DNA from: Octopus vulgaris
Lineage: Eukaryota
DNA: 64,000 nucleotides
Reading direction: 5' to 3'
Assembly (NCBI GenBank): GCA_951406725.2
Contig: OX597814.1
Span: forward strand, 144,398,001 to 144,462,000
The notes below the pieces were generated by a model that was not told the DNA's origin, made no database searches, and saw nothing but the letters and a program-made list of their open reading frames with translations. Below are positions 30,702 to 44,645 of this stretch, piece by piece. Each line of letters begins with the position of its first letter. Within the stretch, counting starts at the first letter, position 1. A program made the position numbers and the translations under genes.

Positions 30702-31058
30702 CAGCTATCAAGTTGAAATTGTGTATTCTCCCTTTAGATTTTTGTACTATCTATACTCCCTGTAAAAGTAAATTTATTTGTCAATATATATAAATATTTA
30801 GGCTGCAAGCTGGTAGAATTCTTAGCTCGTCGGGCGACATTTCATCCAACTTTGCGTTCTGTGTTCAAATGCTTCCTTCATCCTTTCGGAGTCGAAAAAA
30901 TAAGTACTAGTTGATCACTGGGGACGATATAATCGACTTACTCCTTCCCCTAAATTGCTAGCCTCGTGCTAAAAATTGAAGCTAATATATATAAATATGT
31001 ATTTATTTTCTGCATATATATATATATATACATATACACACGCACACACACACACACA

Positions 31059-31106
<48 letters not shown>

Positions 31107-31120
31107 TATATATATATATA

Positions 31121-31313
31121 ATGATAAATCTCAGAGCGAGTTATAAACAGTAGCAGCAACACATCGTGACGTATATTTGCCATTTGAATATGGCTAACCC
31201 CTAAGGATGGATGCTACTGTAGTTTGTAGCCCCAGGTGTCCTCCTGGGGCTACAAACTACAGTAGCATCCACCTTTAGGGGTTAGCCATATTCAAATGCC
31301 AAATATACGTCAC
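31121..31313 (-). mobile_element. Fold-back insertion in (TA)n
   Basis: 71-bp inverted repeat 31166-31236 / 31243-31313 (few mismatches), 6-nt loop, 45 bp tail. Confidence 0.88.
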
Positions 31314-31769
31314 TATATATATATATATACATATATATGTACATATGCACACACGTATATATGTATACATGTATATGAGTGTATGTATGTATGTATAGTG
31401 TTACGAATGCCGACTGAGAACTGATGAAAACTATGATATGTGCTCATCCGTCTGTGCCGATCTAGCATTTTTCCAGTCAATCTCCGTTTGTAAAATTTTT
31501 TGCATAATTACTTTTAACGCTATTATCTTTACCAATGTTATGGTTCTCAGCTTTATAAATGTATGTTTGTGTGTGTGTGTGCGTGTGTATGTGTGTGTGT
31601 GTATGTGCGTGTGTGTATGTGCGTGTGTGTTTTTACATATGTAGACATATACACATATTTTATATATATTTGCACATACGTCTATGTATACGTGTATGTA
31701 TGTATACGTAGGCGGATGGGTGGAGTGAAATACAGATATAATATATATATATTATATATATAAATACAC

Positions 31770-31840
<71 letters not shown>

Positions 31841-31912
31841 GTGTGTGTGTGTATGTATGCATGTATGTATATATATCAATACGTATTATACATTTATATT
31901 ACTTGAACATAT

Positions 31913-31956
<44 letters not shown>

Positions 31957-32314
31957 ATAGAGTGAGAAAGAGAACGAAAGAGCGAGAGAGTGGGAGGAGA
32001 TAGAGAAAAGGACTGTGTGAGTATATATTTGTATAGAGGGTCACCTTGAATATATATGGATAATTACCGAATATTTATGAACAACCAGGGAAGTAAGAAT
32101 CGAGCGGAGCTATTCAACTTAAGATAAAATTTAACGCACTATGATATCAATTTCTGCTTAACTGTAAACCAACGTTTTTCAATATGAATAGGAGAGGCTC
32201 TTAGATGACTTTAAGCTAACGACCAATTTGCAAATGTGAAGAGGGAAACGGGAGGCACTGGATATTCAGAGTGAGGTTATAATTGTCTTCTGAAATGAAC
32301 CATTTAACTCAGGT

Positions 32315-32530
32315 ACAATAACTGGCAGTCCGTCGGTTGCGACGACGAGGGTTCCAGTTGATCTAAGCAACGGAACAGCTTGTTCGTAAAATTAACGTGT
32401 AAATGGCTGAACACTCCACAGACACACGTACCTCTCACGCAATTCACAAGGAGAGTCAGAATGACATAGAATATGATAAGGGTGGCCCTTTGTATTACAG
32501 ACACAACTCATTTTCGTCAGTTGAGTAGAA
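32315..32530 (-). mobile_element. SINE family C body
   Basis: Reverse complement of 22650-22845. Confidence 0.8.
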
Positions 32531-32575
32531 AAGTACAATAATTAACTCAAAAACCCATTTTCAAAAAAAAAATAC

Positions 32576-33845
32576 CTTTGGCGGGATTTGAATATGAGAA
32601 GAACATTTTGTTATCAATTAGCAGAAACATTATTGATAATACGCCAAGATCCAATGTTCACAATTTGTTTCTTTTATTTCTTAATTAGTAATTAAAATAT
32701 TTTAAACATTATTATTGTCTAAAGTTAAAGCAAAATTTATGGTTTTACCGCGGTTTTTGGCATAGTCTACTTCTTTACCTATTCTCAATGTCGTGTTCAG
32801 TATATGATTTAAACTAAACGCTCTGAGTTTCCAGATATTTTACTACTCTCTTCGTTGGGTTTACATATGTACATCCAATAAATTAATATTGTAGAAATGA
32901 TTCAGAGCATAGGGATCACTGCATATAATGATTCTTCTTCGGTTGACATTAGTGGTTAAGGCTTATGAACTGGCGAGGAAGATGAAAGAGATGAGAAATT
33001 ACCAGACTGAGAAAAACAACTGGTCAAAACTAATATTGAAATAGCTGTCTCGAAATTGAATAAGTTCGCCTTTAAATAGATATCGAACCCGAAGGTTTTA
33101 GAATCCGTTTAGATTCATATTTTATTTTCGATTCTTTTATAAATATAATTTCTTATGTTCTATAACCTTTTTATATAGGGCGATAGATTGGTAGAATATT
33201 TAGAGCGTCAGACAGTATGTCTCAAAATATTATTTGTTCCGACTTATGTTCTGATTTAATATTCCGCCGAAGTCAGCTTAGCCTCTCATCCTTTCGGAGT
33301 CGATAAAACAAAGTTTCAGTCAAGTACTTGGGTTGGTAGCATCGACTGACCCTCTCCCGCCGAAAATGCTGTCTTTGTGCTATAATGAGAAACAGTTATT
33401 AATAAAATGTCAATTTTCTGTAATAAAATAGAGGATAGATCACTTTGGTTTTAAACCCATAAGGAAGAAAATGCCCGTAATATACAATCATTTAAAATAT
33501 GGTGGTATTGCATGCACACTGTTAACCAACATTCAGCAAAGTATCTAATTTGTGTAAAAGAAAAACCTCAACAAATGAAGAAATGGAAGTTTTTTTTCAA
33601 TAAAAGAACTTTATCGGGATTTGATTATGAGAAGAGCATTTTGTTATCAATTAGCAGAAACAGTATTGATAATGCGCCAAGATCCCATGTTCACAATTTG
33701 TTTCTTTTATATCTTAATCAGTAATTAAGGTATTTTGAATGTTATCATTGTTTGAAGTTAAAGCAAAAATTATGGTTTTAGCGCGGTGGCCTTATCTACT
33801 TCTTTACCTGTTTTCAATGTCAGGTACAGTGTGTGATTTAAAACA
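32576..33845. repeat. Dispersed ~240-bp direct repeat (32576-32815 and 33609-33845)
   Basis: GGGATTTGA.TATGAGAAGA.CATTTTGTTATCAATTAGCAGAAACA... present twice with scattered substitutions. Confidence 0.9.
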
Positions 33846-33969
33846 AATGAAACCAAAACATTAGGATAAGGTCAAAAAGGATTTTTCTATTCATAATTTA
33901 GACATTAATTTGAACATAATTCTACAATTATGAAGAATAAAAGGGGAGAAAACGAAACTATAATTCATA

Positions 33970-34560
33970 AAGGTTTTGTTGCATCTTATATAATTTCAAA
34001 ATAAATTGCTAAATATGAGAAGCTCCGTAGAATTGGAAAATTTCTTATTTCACCTATGAACGAAATTTTCAATACTTTGTTGTTAATGTAACTGTTGTAA
34101 TTTCTGTAATTTCTGTCCATAATAACGCAATTTCAACTAGCATATAACATTGAAAGCAAGCTTGGTGATAGCTTTAAAAAATCAGAATTTTTCTTGACTT
34201 GATGAAACAACATTGCGTGATAATGAAGCTTTATTACTGGTCTGTGTGTGCTGTATCAACACAGATAAAGAGATTGTTGAAGACTGTCTATTTGATAAAC
34301 AACTGCAACCTGATAGAAAAGATACAAAGATTTACTAAATTGTGAAGGTTCAACTATTTACAAGATTATAGAGGCTTAACGATTTACAATATTGTGGGGA
34401 AAATTTTCAACGATAAATTCCTCTTACATATATTATTGCATGTGTAACAGATGAGACGCCTTCAGTTGTTGGTTGTCATCTTGGATTAATAATTCATTTA
34501 AAAAGGAAAATTCTGAATTTTTTGGCTAACCACTGTGTTATCTCTGGCAGCATTTAGCAA
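33970..34560 (+). pseudogene. hAT (Buster/Charlie, SCAND3/ZBED8-like) transposase remnant
   Basis: ASYIISK*IAK..K...IG..LI.P; LDETTLRDNEALLL; IIACVTDETPSVVG; NHCVI (cf. LDEST..NEALLL, TDGAP.M.G, IHCVIH). Confidence 0.8.
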
Positions 34561-34862
34561 AATATAAATGCACAAATCTAGAGTAGCTAGAAGGAATGCC
34601 ATCATATGCCAATATAAAAGCACTTTTGAAATATAAATTGAAAATTTTTTAGTTAATGATAGAGAATTTTGTTATCGTCATATTTCAGAATTGAAGCATG
34701 AAAACGTGAGCTAGAAATACGCGGCAAAAAGACAAGCATACATAATACATACATACATACATACATACATACATACATACACACATACATACATACATAA
34801 ATAAATACATACATACATACATACATACATACATACATACATACATACATACATACACGCAC

Positions 34863-34924
<62 letters not shown>

Positions 34925-35117
34925 TAGTATAAACAGTTAGGCGCAATATAGTACCATAAAGGAAAAATTTTATTGTCACTAACTGTGACTGAGATTGCCG
35001 AAGCACCTATATTGCGAGAAATAAGAGTTAAAGGTTCTTAATGCAGTTAGAAGAGCGCAACATATATGCACTCATAGGAGAGATAACCACCACATGACCA
35101 TCCCTAGAATCGCTAGA

Positions 35118-35156
35118 CAAGACTAGTTTCGCCTGTTTCGTAAGCATTGTCAGTAG
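35118..35156 (-). ncRNA. Degenerate minimal hammerhead motif
   Basis: Minus: CTA-CTGACAA-TGCTTACGAAACAGGC-GAAA-CTAG-TC-TTG. G8>A, consistent with CpG decay of CTGACGA. Confidence 0.5.
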
Positions 35157-35312
35157 TGACTACTCAAACGGTCGATGGTTTGGTTAAATCCATCGACCAG
35201 TATTTATTCTTTTACTTCTACTTTCTTTACTTGTTTGAGTCATTTGACTGCGGCCATGGCTGATTTAGCGAAATGCTAATGCGTATATTAGTGAAGGTTA
35301 TATCCCCTGTCA

Positions 35313-35380
<68 letters not shown>

Positions 35381-36278
35381 TATTGCCACACTAGCGTGGC
35401 AGTCCAGAGGAAAAGGACGAATGCTGCTGTTGATTAGCTCCGAGAGTCGATCGCCTCTAGCTAGCCATATGACGCACAAATCTGCGTCCATAACACCTTC
35501 GAACAGGAGAGGTCATCAATGTCCCCTTGCTGGCTACAAGAATATTATTGAGGTTGTCAGACTCTGCATGAGGAGTAGACAACCACCATATATATATATA
35601 TATATATATAGCATTATTGACTGTAACTTCGAAGATTCGGCCAGCTAAATCATCGTCGGTAGTGAGAGAATAAGCACGGGTTTTAAAAATGAAATAATGA
35701 GGTTCATTAATTCGGCCCCAGTATGGCTACAGTCTAATGACTGAAACAAGTAAAAGATAAAAGTTAAAAGATAAATATTGAATTTAATTCTCTTCAGTTA
35801 GCAAACTATCAGCCATTTGTTAATTTTCAATTCTTGAATATCTTTTTTCTTTTGGAATATGATCTCTTGAATATGTTAAATCATATTAAATTTACATTCC
35901 TTTGGTTTTATAAAACTTATAGTATTTCATTTAAACTTTAAATTGTAACGTTGTTTTTCGCTTATTAAACCCATTTATTTTTCTTGAGAAATATTATGTT
36001 TTATTTTTTTACTTGTTTCAGTCACTGGGTTGCGGCAATTTAAGGTATCGCTTTGAAGGGTTTAGTCGAACAAATATAACCCAGAACATGCTTTTAAATG
36101 TAGTGCTTACTTTGTAGTTTACGTTTGCGGAACTGGTAGGTTACGGAGACGTAAACAAACCGAGGCCGGTTGTCAAGTGGTGGAAAGTACAAATGCAAGC
36201 ACACACATACACACAGCATATGTATATGTGTGTGTATGTAGATATATATGTAGATACGGTTATACATATATATATATT

Positions 36279-36321
<43 letters not shown>

Positions 36322-36418
36322 CATTTATATATATATTTGTATATATATATATATGTAAATATATATATATATATATATGTATAACTTTATCTACATATAT
36401 ATATATATATATATATGT

Positions 36419-36700
36419 AGACGGTTGAAAAGGAACGCACGAGTTGATATATATTGTAAAAAGTCAAGGTAGAAAATGCTAAAATAATTTTATAAAAAAA
36501 CATTTCAGTACCGGTTTCAGTCATTGAGACTTTTTCAACTGTAATCATAAAAAACAAATTTTGGAAAAATTAAAAGAAAAGTTTTTCAAAGAATATTTGA
36601 ATAGTATTCAAATACAACGGGCATTTTCCTTGTTTCTGCCTTCCCTGTCTCTCTTGTTTACTCTTGTGGGTTCGAGGTCGTTGTGAATTCTTAGCAGGGA
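36419..36700 (-). mobile_element. PLE-end-like element; second copy at 53284-53520 (+)
   Basis: Reverse complement of 53284-53520; abuts (TA)n; carries hammerhead. Confidence 0.85.
36506..36541 (-). ncRNA. 36-nt minimal hammerhead with U3:A8 core
   Basis: Minus: CAG-TTGAAAA-AGTC-TCAAT-GACT-GAAA-CCGG-TA-CTG. Stems I and II pair perfectly; palindromic ACCGGT. Confidence 0.82.
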
Positions 36701-36732
36701 AGAAGAAGAAAGAAAAGAAGAAGGAGGAGGAT

Positions 36733-37205
36733 GCGGGAGTGCCACTACTACCATCCACAAGTCACTTTTGGAAGTTTGCTTCGAAATTTCATGGTCCCTG
36801 GTTCATCCCTACTGCGTGGCATCTTGAGCAAGTATCGTCTAATATAGCCTCGGGCCTACCAAAGCCTTGTAAGTGGATTTGGTAGACGGAAACTGAAAGA
36901 AGCCCTTCGTGTATATATGAATGTATGTGTATGTCATATGTCTAGCTAGACGCGTTCGTGTGTGTGCGCACGTGCAATTGTGTGTGCTCGCGTGTGTGTG
37001 TGTCTTTCAGTCTGCCCCCACCCCTACCGCTTGACAACCGACGCTGGGTGGGTTTACGTCCCGGTAATTTAGCAATAAAAGACCGATAGAATAAGCACCA
37101 GGTTAAAACAATATGAGTAGTGGGGTCGATTCATTCGACAAAAAATCTTTGAAGGTGCCCCAGCTAGGCCGCAGTCTAATAACTGGAACAAGTAAAATAA
37201 AAAGA
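36733..37205 (+). mobile_element. SINE family A (diverged)
   Basis: GCCTCGGGCC.ACCAAAGCCTTG...GTAGACGGAAACTGAAAGAAGCCC and family 3' half. Confidence 0.8.
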
Positions 37206-37289
37206 AAAAGTATATAGATATATATTATATATACACATATATTTTATCTCTCTCGATATATATTTAGATAGACAGACAGACAGACAGAC

Positions 37290-37368
<79 letters not shown>

Positions 37369-37935
37369 CATTCCGTCAACTCAGAAGGCATTAGTCGGCC
37401 GGAGCTATAGTACAAGCGACTTGCCTAAAGTGCCACGCGGTGGGAGTGAACCTGAAACGACGAGGTTGCAAACCAACCTTCTTAACCACACAACCACACT
37501 TGTACCAATATTTCTATCAAAACTTAACAAAAGTGACGCAAGTCTACACAAATATCTAAAAAGAAGCCCCTACTAGTTGAGATAATATAATATGAATAAC
37601 AAATCACCGTTACATTAGCTTCTGCTGCATTAAAATAACTTGGTCTTCCTGTTCATTTTCTTTTCTATGAAAATCATTCAGAGGCGTAACTTGTAAAACG
37701 CCAAACGAAAATGATTTGAGGAACACAGCTTCAAATAGATGTTAATTTCCTGCTACTACCATAGTTGTAATAATTATTAATGAATTCGTAAGTATCCTCA
37801 CGTAATTTGATAACAATTTTCAGTGCATATAATTGAAGCTATACATATTTCACATAACGTTTTAGAATACGAGAACACATTTGTATGTGCGTGTATGTAA
37901 CTATATATATATATATATATATATATTTATTCATT

Positions 37936-38012
<77 letters not shown>

Positions 38013-38016
<4 letters not shown>

Positions 38017-38163
38017 GGGAATATGATTCCAAACTTACAGGGAAAAATTCAATTTACTAATACTAAATCAAATTTCACAATATATAAAATATGTATATAA
38101 ATTAGAGAAGAACTACCATGTAGCAATTCTACATGGTGGTTCTTCTCTAATTTATATACATAT
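38013..38163 (-). mobile_element. Short fold-back insertion between (TTA)n and (TA)n
   Basis: 35-bp arms 38089-38123 / 38129-38163 (1 mismatch), 5-nt loop, ~75 bp tail. Confidence 0.75.
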
Positions 38164-38205
38164 ATATATATATAATATATTGTACGCACACATACGTGTG
38201 CATAT

Positions 38206-38236
<31 letters not shown>

Positions 38237-38298
38237 TATTTCTACATGCATATATACATAGATACATATATAAATATAGGAACAAATCAAATATTAAA

Positions 38299-38347
<49 letters not shown>

Positions 38348-38456
38348 TATTCGTATAACTATATGTATATATACATATATATATATTCGTATAACTATAT
38401 ATATATATATATGTGTGTATATAAATATATTCGTATGAATCGTATATGCATACGTA

Positions 38457-38521
<65 letters not shown>

Positions 38522-38785
38522 TACTGTATGGAATCAGTTAAAGCGTGTCACTCTGCAAGTTAAACTCCAGAGGAACTTTCTACTTGTTGAATGAGGTCTA
38601 CAGTATAACTGGATTTTAAATCGTCAGACTTTACTGATTCAATTTAGCTTTTGCCCAAAGCTTATTTTAGCCATTTCATATATTTATTTTGTGGTATATA
38701 TATATGATGTGTGTGTGTTTGTGTGCCTGTGCGCGTGTGCATGTTTGCGTGTGCACGCGCGTGCATACATGCATATATATATATA

Positions 38786-39668
38786 TTGGGTCATCCCATG
38801 AATAATGCGGTTTTTTTATACTTTTCTTTTTAAAATCAAGATAAACAAAGTTCTTTTTTAATCTAAAATATACTCTCCTTCATTTTCTACAATGCTCTTC
38901 CATCTATCTAGTAAACTTGCAAGTCCCCTCTTCCAAAATCCGTGACAAAAAATACTCCTCCAGTACTGTTTTGACCTCGTCTACAGAAGTCATATTTTTT
39001 CCCTCCAAATGATTTTGAAGACTACAGAATAAATGATAATCAAATGGGGCAATGGCCGGCGAATATGGTGGGTGGTGCATCGTTCCCCATTCAAACTGCT
39101 CCACCCTTTGGTATGTCATCTCCGATGTATGCGACCCAGCATTATCCTGATGGAAGAACACCTTTCGTCTTGAAACAAAAGATGGTCGTTTTTCTTCTAG
39201 CGCTGACTTGAATGATTGGTTGAATGTCCAAATCTAAGCTTCTCTGCTAGTTCCTCAACCGTTACGATGGGATTTTGTTCCACCAGGGTTTGAAAGACGT
39301 CTTCGTCGAGCTCTACTGGTCATCCAGGACGAAGCTCGTTTTCTAGGCTTGGATTTTCTGGAACTACCGTTGACACTGGCTTACGCTTATTGTTTGATCC
39401 CCATATACTGCATTGATATTCCGCGCACCTTCCCTTGCGTTGTTACCTTTATTGAACGCATAAAGCAAAATATGCTAAATATGCTCCTTTGTCACTTCCA
39501 TTATAGCTCTGACTGTTAAAATCGAACTGCACTCTTCAAAACTTGCACTAGTAGAAGATAAAATTACTACCTGTTTTTAAAGCAAGTTGATGCAAGTAGT
39601 TTATCCCGCCCCCTCCGAATTTTAGTTCATGCAATTGAAAAAAATGCATTATTTATGGGATGAACCAA
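38786..39668 (-). mobile_element. mariner (DD34D) element, internally deleted
   Basis: TIRs TTGGGTCATCCCATGAATAATGC / GCATTATTTATGGGATGAACCAA, TA flanks; ATG at 39501 (MEVTKEHI); FHQDNA..H, HPPYSPAIAPFDYHLF. Confidence 0.93.
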
Positions 39669-39681
39669 TATATACAATATA

Positions 39682-40485
39682 CAGGCTACAGTGAATAAAC
39701 TAGCGTCTAAATTACGCAAAAATGAAAATAACACTGGCATCTCATTTTAAGATATATTTATCAAAATTACAAAAACATTTCTTGAAATACTAACTTTGTT
39801 CAATAAAGTCGCCATTGGCTTCACCAGCGGCCGCCAGACGACTTCGAAATTTCCTGCAACTCTTCTGGACGGCCTCATTGTTTAAGTAGGTGAATGTTGC
39901 CATAACCCTTGCATTCAGTTCATCTTTGGTGTTACAAGAAATTTTATTGGTCTTGCGCTCCACACCTAATAATCAAGGGATTTGCAGTCTGGAGAGTTAG
40001 GTGGTCAGAGGTTAGGGGTGATGTTGTCGCAAAAATCGTGACAGCCATGACTAGGTTCTCCTGCTTGTGCGGCATGGTGCAGAGTCCTGTTGTCTTCCAG
40101 CAGCCACCCTCTTGACCCAGGGCAGCACTTTCTCCTCCAGGCACTTGATGTAGGCCTCTGTATCGAATCTGAGGCATAATGTCGCCATCACTAGTGATCA
40201 CTCCAAACACTATGATGTTAACTGGACGTTTGATTTCTATCACTCTCGGTACATATCCTCAAATTGCACTGTCCTCAGATTGACACCCAAACAATCTGAA
40301 ATATTCGCATTGCAGCTTCCGGCGTGAATGCCAAGCCGTACAGCATGTCGTTTCCAAATTGCTAGCAGAGTGAACTGCATCATGGTGCAACTAAACCTAC
40401 TATACTGTGTAGTCGACAAAATCAAAAACAAACAATGCACGAAATTAAAATTATAAAATGGCGACAATTTACCCATCGCACCTTG
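39682..40485 (-). mobile_element. maT/DD37D-type Tc1-mariner element, deleted
   Basis: Diverged TIRs with TA flanks; IVFGVITSDG; QQDSAPC.TSRRT..W....PPNSPDC..LDY.VW. Confidence 0.82.
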
Positions 40486-40528
40486 TATATCATCATCATT
40501 ATTATTTTTATTATCATCATCATCATCA

Positions 40529-40578
<50 letters not shown>

Positions 40579-40993
40579 GTTATTATTATTATTAGGACCA
40601 TCTCGTCAGTGGACGGACTGTTTATAGCTAGAATATATTTGATAACATTTATGTTCCCAGGACTCATTTAATCGTAAACGACATTAAAAACAAACAAGCA
40701 TTCGCATACATATGCATAGTTGCACACCTACTCTCACAAAAATACTATGTGAAGCGGAAACATGACAAGATAATCTGACGAGTCCCCAAAAACAGAAGAA
40801 TGTTATTTCTAGGGAATATTTTGCCACAATTTCTAGCAATTTTAGTGAACAGATAGAAGTTCTAATTTTTTAGGTCGAAGTTAGTATTGTACCTAATCTT
40901 TAAAATATGTGCAATGTTTCATTCGGTGATGCGCAGTTATGTGAAAAAATTTTGTTGAATTTTATATATACAGACACCCAGACACGCGCGCGC

Positions 40994-41029
<36 letters not shown>

Positions 41030-41030
41030 T

Positions 41031-41124
<94 letters not shown>

Positions 41125-42260
41125 TTTTGTTACATGTTATCTGAATACTTTTATTTTAATAAATGTTGCTTACTGCAAGTTATGGATGATTCTTTTATGC
41201 CTTCATTGCTTTCAGGCTTAGCTTAAGGTATTTTCGCGCCCGACATCACAAAATGCGTCTGAATAAACATTGCTGGACAGCAAATAGAGACTCGGACATT
41301 GCTTAGAAAATATTTTTCATTTTTAACAGTATTATTTAACTGTTGAATTATATTAAGTTTGATTGTTAAAACATCAATTTATATATAATTTCTTGATAAT
41401 TATTAGTTACGATATGTATATCTATTTATTTATTTATTAGGTTTATGATTATTATTAATTTTATAATGTGATTTAACGAATTACATATAATTTAATTTGA
41501 AAATTAGTTTTGTAAGACAATAAATTATTTAATAGTTAGGTGATCTATTTATTACATAGTATTAAATTTAAGTAAATCAGTTTAATATTAATTGATATTT
41601 TGGTCAACTATATAATTGAGTAAAATATTAAATCTATATATACTACATATATATTAATATTAATAATATAGTTAGTTAATCTAATAGGTGTATGTATATT
41701 TAGACCATTTCCTCTTATTAATTTTAATATTTATATCTTGTACAAGCATTATGTATATTACTTAACATTAAGGTTTTTAATATATAGCATAATATTTTAT
41801 TTAGATGTTTATTAAATAAATAAGTTAATAATTTAATGTATATAGATTAAATTATAGTATTTAGTTTTCACCTAATGTATATTTTGTATTTTATTTATAT
41901 ATATATATTCATTTTAAATATTTTAATTAATTGTATCTTATTTTTATTCTTTTTTTTTATTTAAACAAGAATATATTTGTTAAGATATTTCGTATTTTAC
42001 AAGATTATTTACGTATATTTATTAATTTATCTAATTAACTATTTATTTGTTTTTATCTTTAACCTGAAGAGTGGCTATATTTATATTGAAGTGATTTCAA
42101 TATTACTATTACTATTATCATTTCTTAAATATAGCCACGTAACACGTGTCGTTATTCTACCAAATATATATGTTTTATTTACTATTTTGCGCATTACGTA
42201 ATCATTGTTATATGTTTTATCTTATATTTAATCTTTCTATAATATGTAATCTTTCTAAAT
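41125..42260 (+). mobile_element. Probable PLE 3' end (very AT-rich UTR + hammerhead)
   Basis: Weak RH..K..L stop-proximal motif near 41230-41305, ~750 bp AT-rich tract, hammerhead at 42060-42154. Confidence 0.55.
42060..42154 (+). ncRNA. Type I hammerhead, GAAA>GTAA
   Basis: TAAC-CTGAAGA-GTGGCTATATTT...AAATATAGCCAC-GTAA-CACGTG-TC-GTTA. 4-bp stem I, 12-bp stem II. Confidence 0.85.
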
Positions 42261-42284
42261 GGTATAATTTAATTTTTCTGATAA

Positions 42285-42412
42285 CAATGTTTGACGAAAA
42301 GGCTTGATGAAAATGTTTGACGAAATTGTTTGATGAAAATGTCTGATGAAAATGTTTAATGAAAATGTTTGATTAAAATGTCTGCTGGAAATATCTGATG
42401 AAAATGATTGAC
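42285..42412. repeat. 13-bp minisatellite (TGATGAAAATGTY) x~9
   Basis: Directly visible. Confidence 0.9.
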
Positions 42413-42427
42413 GTAGACATAAATATG

Positions 42428-42491
<64 letters not shown>

Positions 42492-43310
42492 CTTATATAT
42501 TTATACACACATATATACAAATACACAAATATATATACACATCCACACATGCAAAAAAGACATACATACATACATATACTCCAAAGAAAATACATACATA
42601 AAAACATATAGAAATATACACAGATATATACACTTATATAGATTATACTGTATATAGGTGTGTGCGCATGAATAATGTGTGTATGTGTGTGTGCGTGTGT
42701 GTGTGAATATTTGGATATCTATATGTAGTTATGTGTATACAAACTTTACTTTCACAAATGTAAATATATACATTCGAGTATACAAGCACTGGTACGCACG
42801 CACGTGTGTACGTGTCTGCAAGTGAGCATGTGTCTCTTTGTATGTGTGAGTGTGTTTGCGTGAGTGTGTTTGCGTGTGCATGCGCATGTGTGAGTATGTG
42901 TGATTATTTGCGTGTGTACTCTTTTATAGGTTTTAGCCTTCTGCTTGTGATCTAGCACCGCCACAATTATTTTCTATTTGATCTATGTGTTTTTAAGTGG
43001 TTTTAGATATTAATTGCTAATTATGTACCACTCAGTGTTAATAATTAGTATACCTTTGATTATTGCTTTACTGCGAGAAAACTGCCAAACCCTCTAATTC
43101 TCTAAAATATATACGTAATATATTGCAGTGAGCATAGTGTCAAGGCAAGATGTTACATTTGCACTACTGTATTAGTCTTCTGCTAGTATACTGTCAGCAG
43201 ATCAATTTGTTATAATTCGTATAGCAAAGCCAATACCCAATGATCGATTCCCTATTGTGTATATATATATATAGATATATATATGTGTGTGTGTGTGTGT
43301 GCGTGTGTGC

Positions 43311-43345
<35 letters not shown>

Positions 43346-43428
43346 ACAAAGTGAAGTTGTAAGGTACCGCACGAGTGGAAATATATATGAAAGAAGGTTT
43401 GAAAATGCAATTTTAAAAATGTTTATTC

Positions 43429-43470
43429 ACTTGACCGGTTTCACTTTTTTAGAAAAAGATTGTCAAAAGT
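43429..43470 (-). ncRNA. Minimal hammerhead with U3:A8 core
   Basis: Minus: ACTT-TTGACAA-TCTTTTT-CTA-AAAAAGT-GAAA-CCGG-TC-AAGT; lies in an element of about 43343-43740 abutting (TG)n. Confidence 0.75.
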
Positions 43471-43939
43471 AAAATGTAAAGCTTTGTATAAGCTTTGTTG
43501 TGTTAAGTACTGGTTGTCACAAAAGTATTAAAATACATATATACATTCTTTGATAATAATAAGAAAATGTTGAAAACAGTTTACAAGGAAATATCTGACA
43601 AAATATTAGACAAAAAGTTCAATAAAAATATTAGTTCATTAAAAATCATGTTTGTTTGGATGTAACTATATACATACGCAGAAAAGTATTAGGAGTTCAA
43701 AAAAGTCATATTTGGTAGTATATATATATATACACACAGAAGGAGATATATTTAGGAGTTTACAAAGAATTTGAGATGAACTACTTATCGATCCTAATAG
43801 AATGTAAAGCAGAATGTAGACTTGTGTCTAAATAATGAGGAATATATACCGTTGACGCAGTACCATACAATATGGCTTAATGTTGTTGGTCTCAGAAGAA
43901 TCTGATAGGTAATAAAACTCTGGATTGCAGGTAATTTTT

Positions 43940-44165
43940 ATTTCTTAATTGCCCACAGGGGGCTAAACATAGAGGGGAGAAACAAGGACAGCCAAAGGGA
44001 TTAAGTAGATTACATCAACCCCAGTGTGTAAGTGGTACTTATTTAATCGACCCCGAAAGGATGTAAAGTAAAGTTGACACGGGCGGAATTTGAACTCCGT
44101 AACTGCAGACAAAATACCGCTAGGCCTTTCCCCCCGGCGTGCTAACGATTTTGGCAGCTCGCCAC
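43940..44165 (-). mobile_element. SINE family B
   Basis: Match to 7570-7798. Confidence 0.88.
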
Positions 44166-44645
44166 CCTGGTTTGTAGTTATTGTTCCAGATGAGTTAGGT
44201 ATTTGGTAAGTTACCGAAGCGAATAAATGTTTAAAAGTTTGTAAATTTAAATTGAATTTAAATGAATAATTCAACTTATTGATATTTGTAGCCCTAAATA
44301 TTGCTATGTTTGCGTCCATTATGCTTTTTCTGTTGCTGTTGTTGTCCTTTAATCTTAAGTAATTCATTTTTACTGGTTACAGAGAAATAAAAAGAAACCA
44401 TGTTGTAACTCCATTTATTTTTACTGGTATACTCTACCGTAGATTTAAGATTATCTAAAAATGTACTGTGCATTATTAATTCATCATTTTTAATTCAGCT
44501 AATTTATTAATTCAGCACACGAACTGCAAACTACGTTTTCAGTTCATCTGCTGTTATGCAAGTTAGACCGTCCAGTTTAGGTTTGCTCTAGTCTGTATAC
44601 ACAGTAAATATCTATAAGCCACTTATCTCTCCAGGAGCAACTGAT

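Noticed and set aside
35440-35530. TTGATGA-CCTCT...AGAGG hammerhead-like fold (minus)
   Set aside because: Lacks GAAA and stem III.
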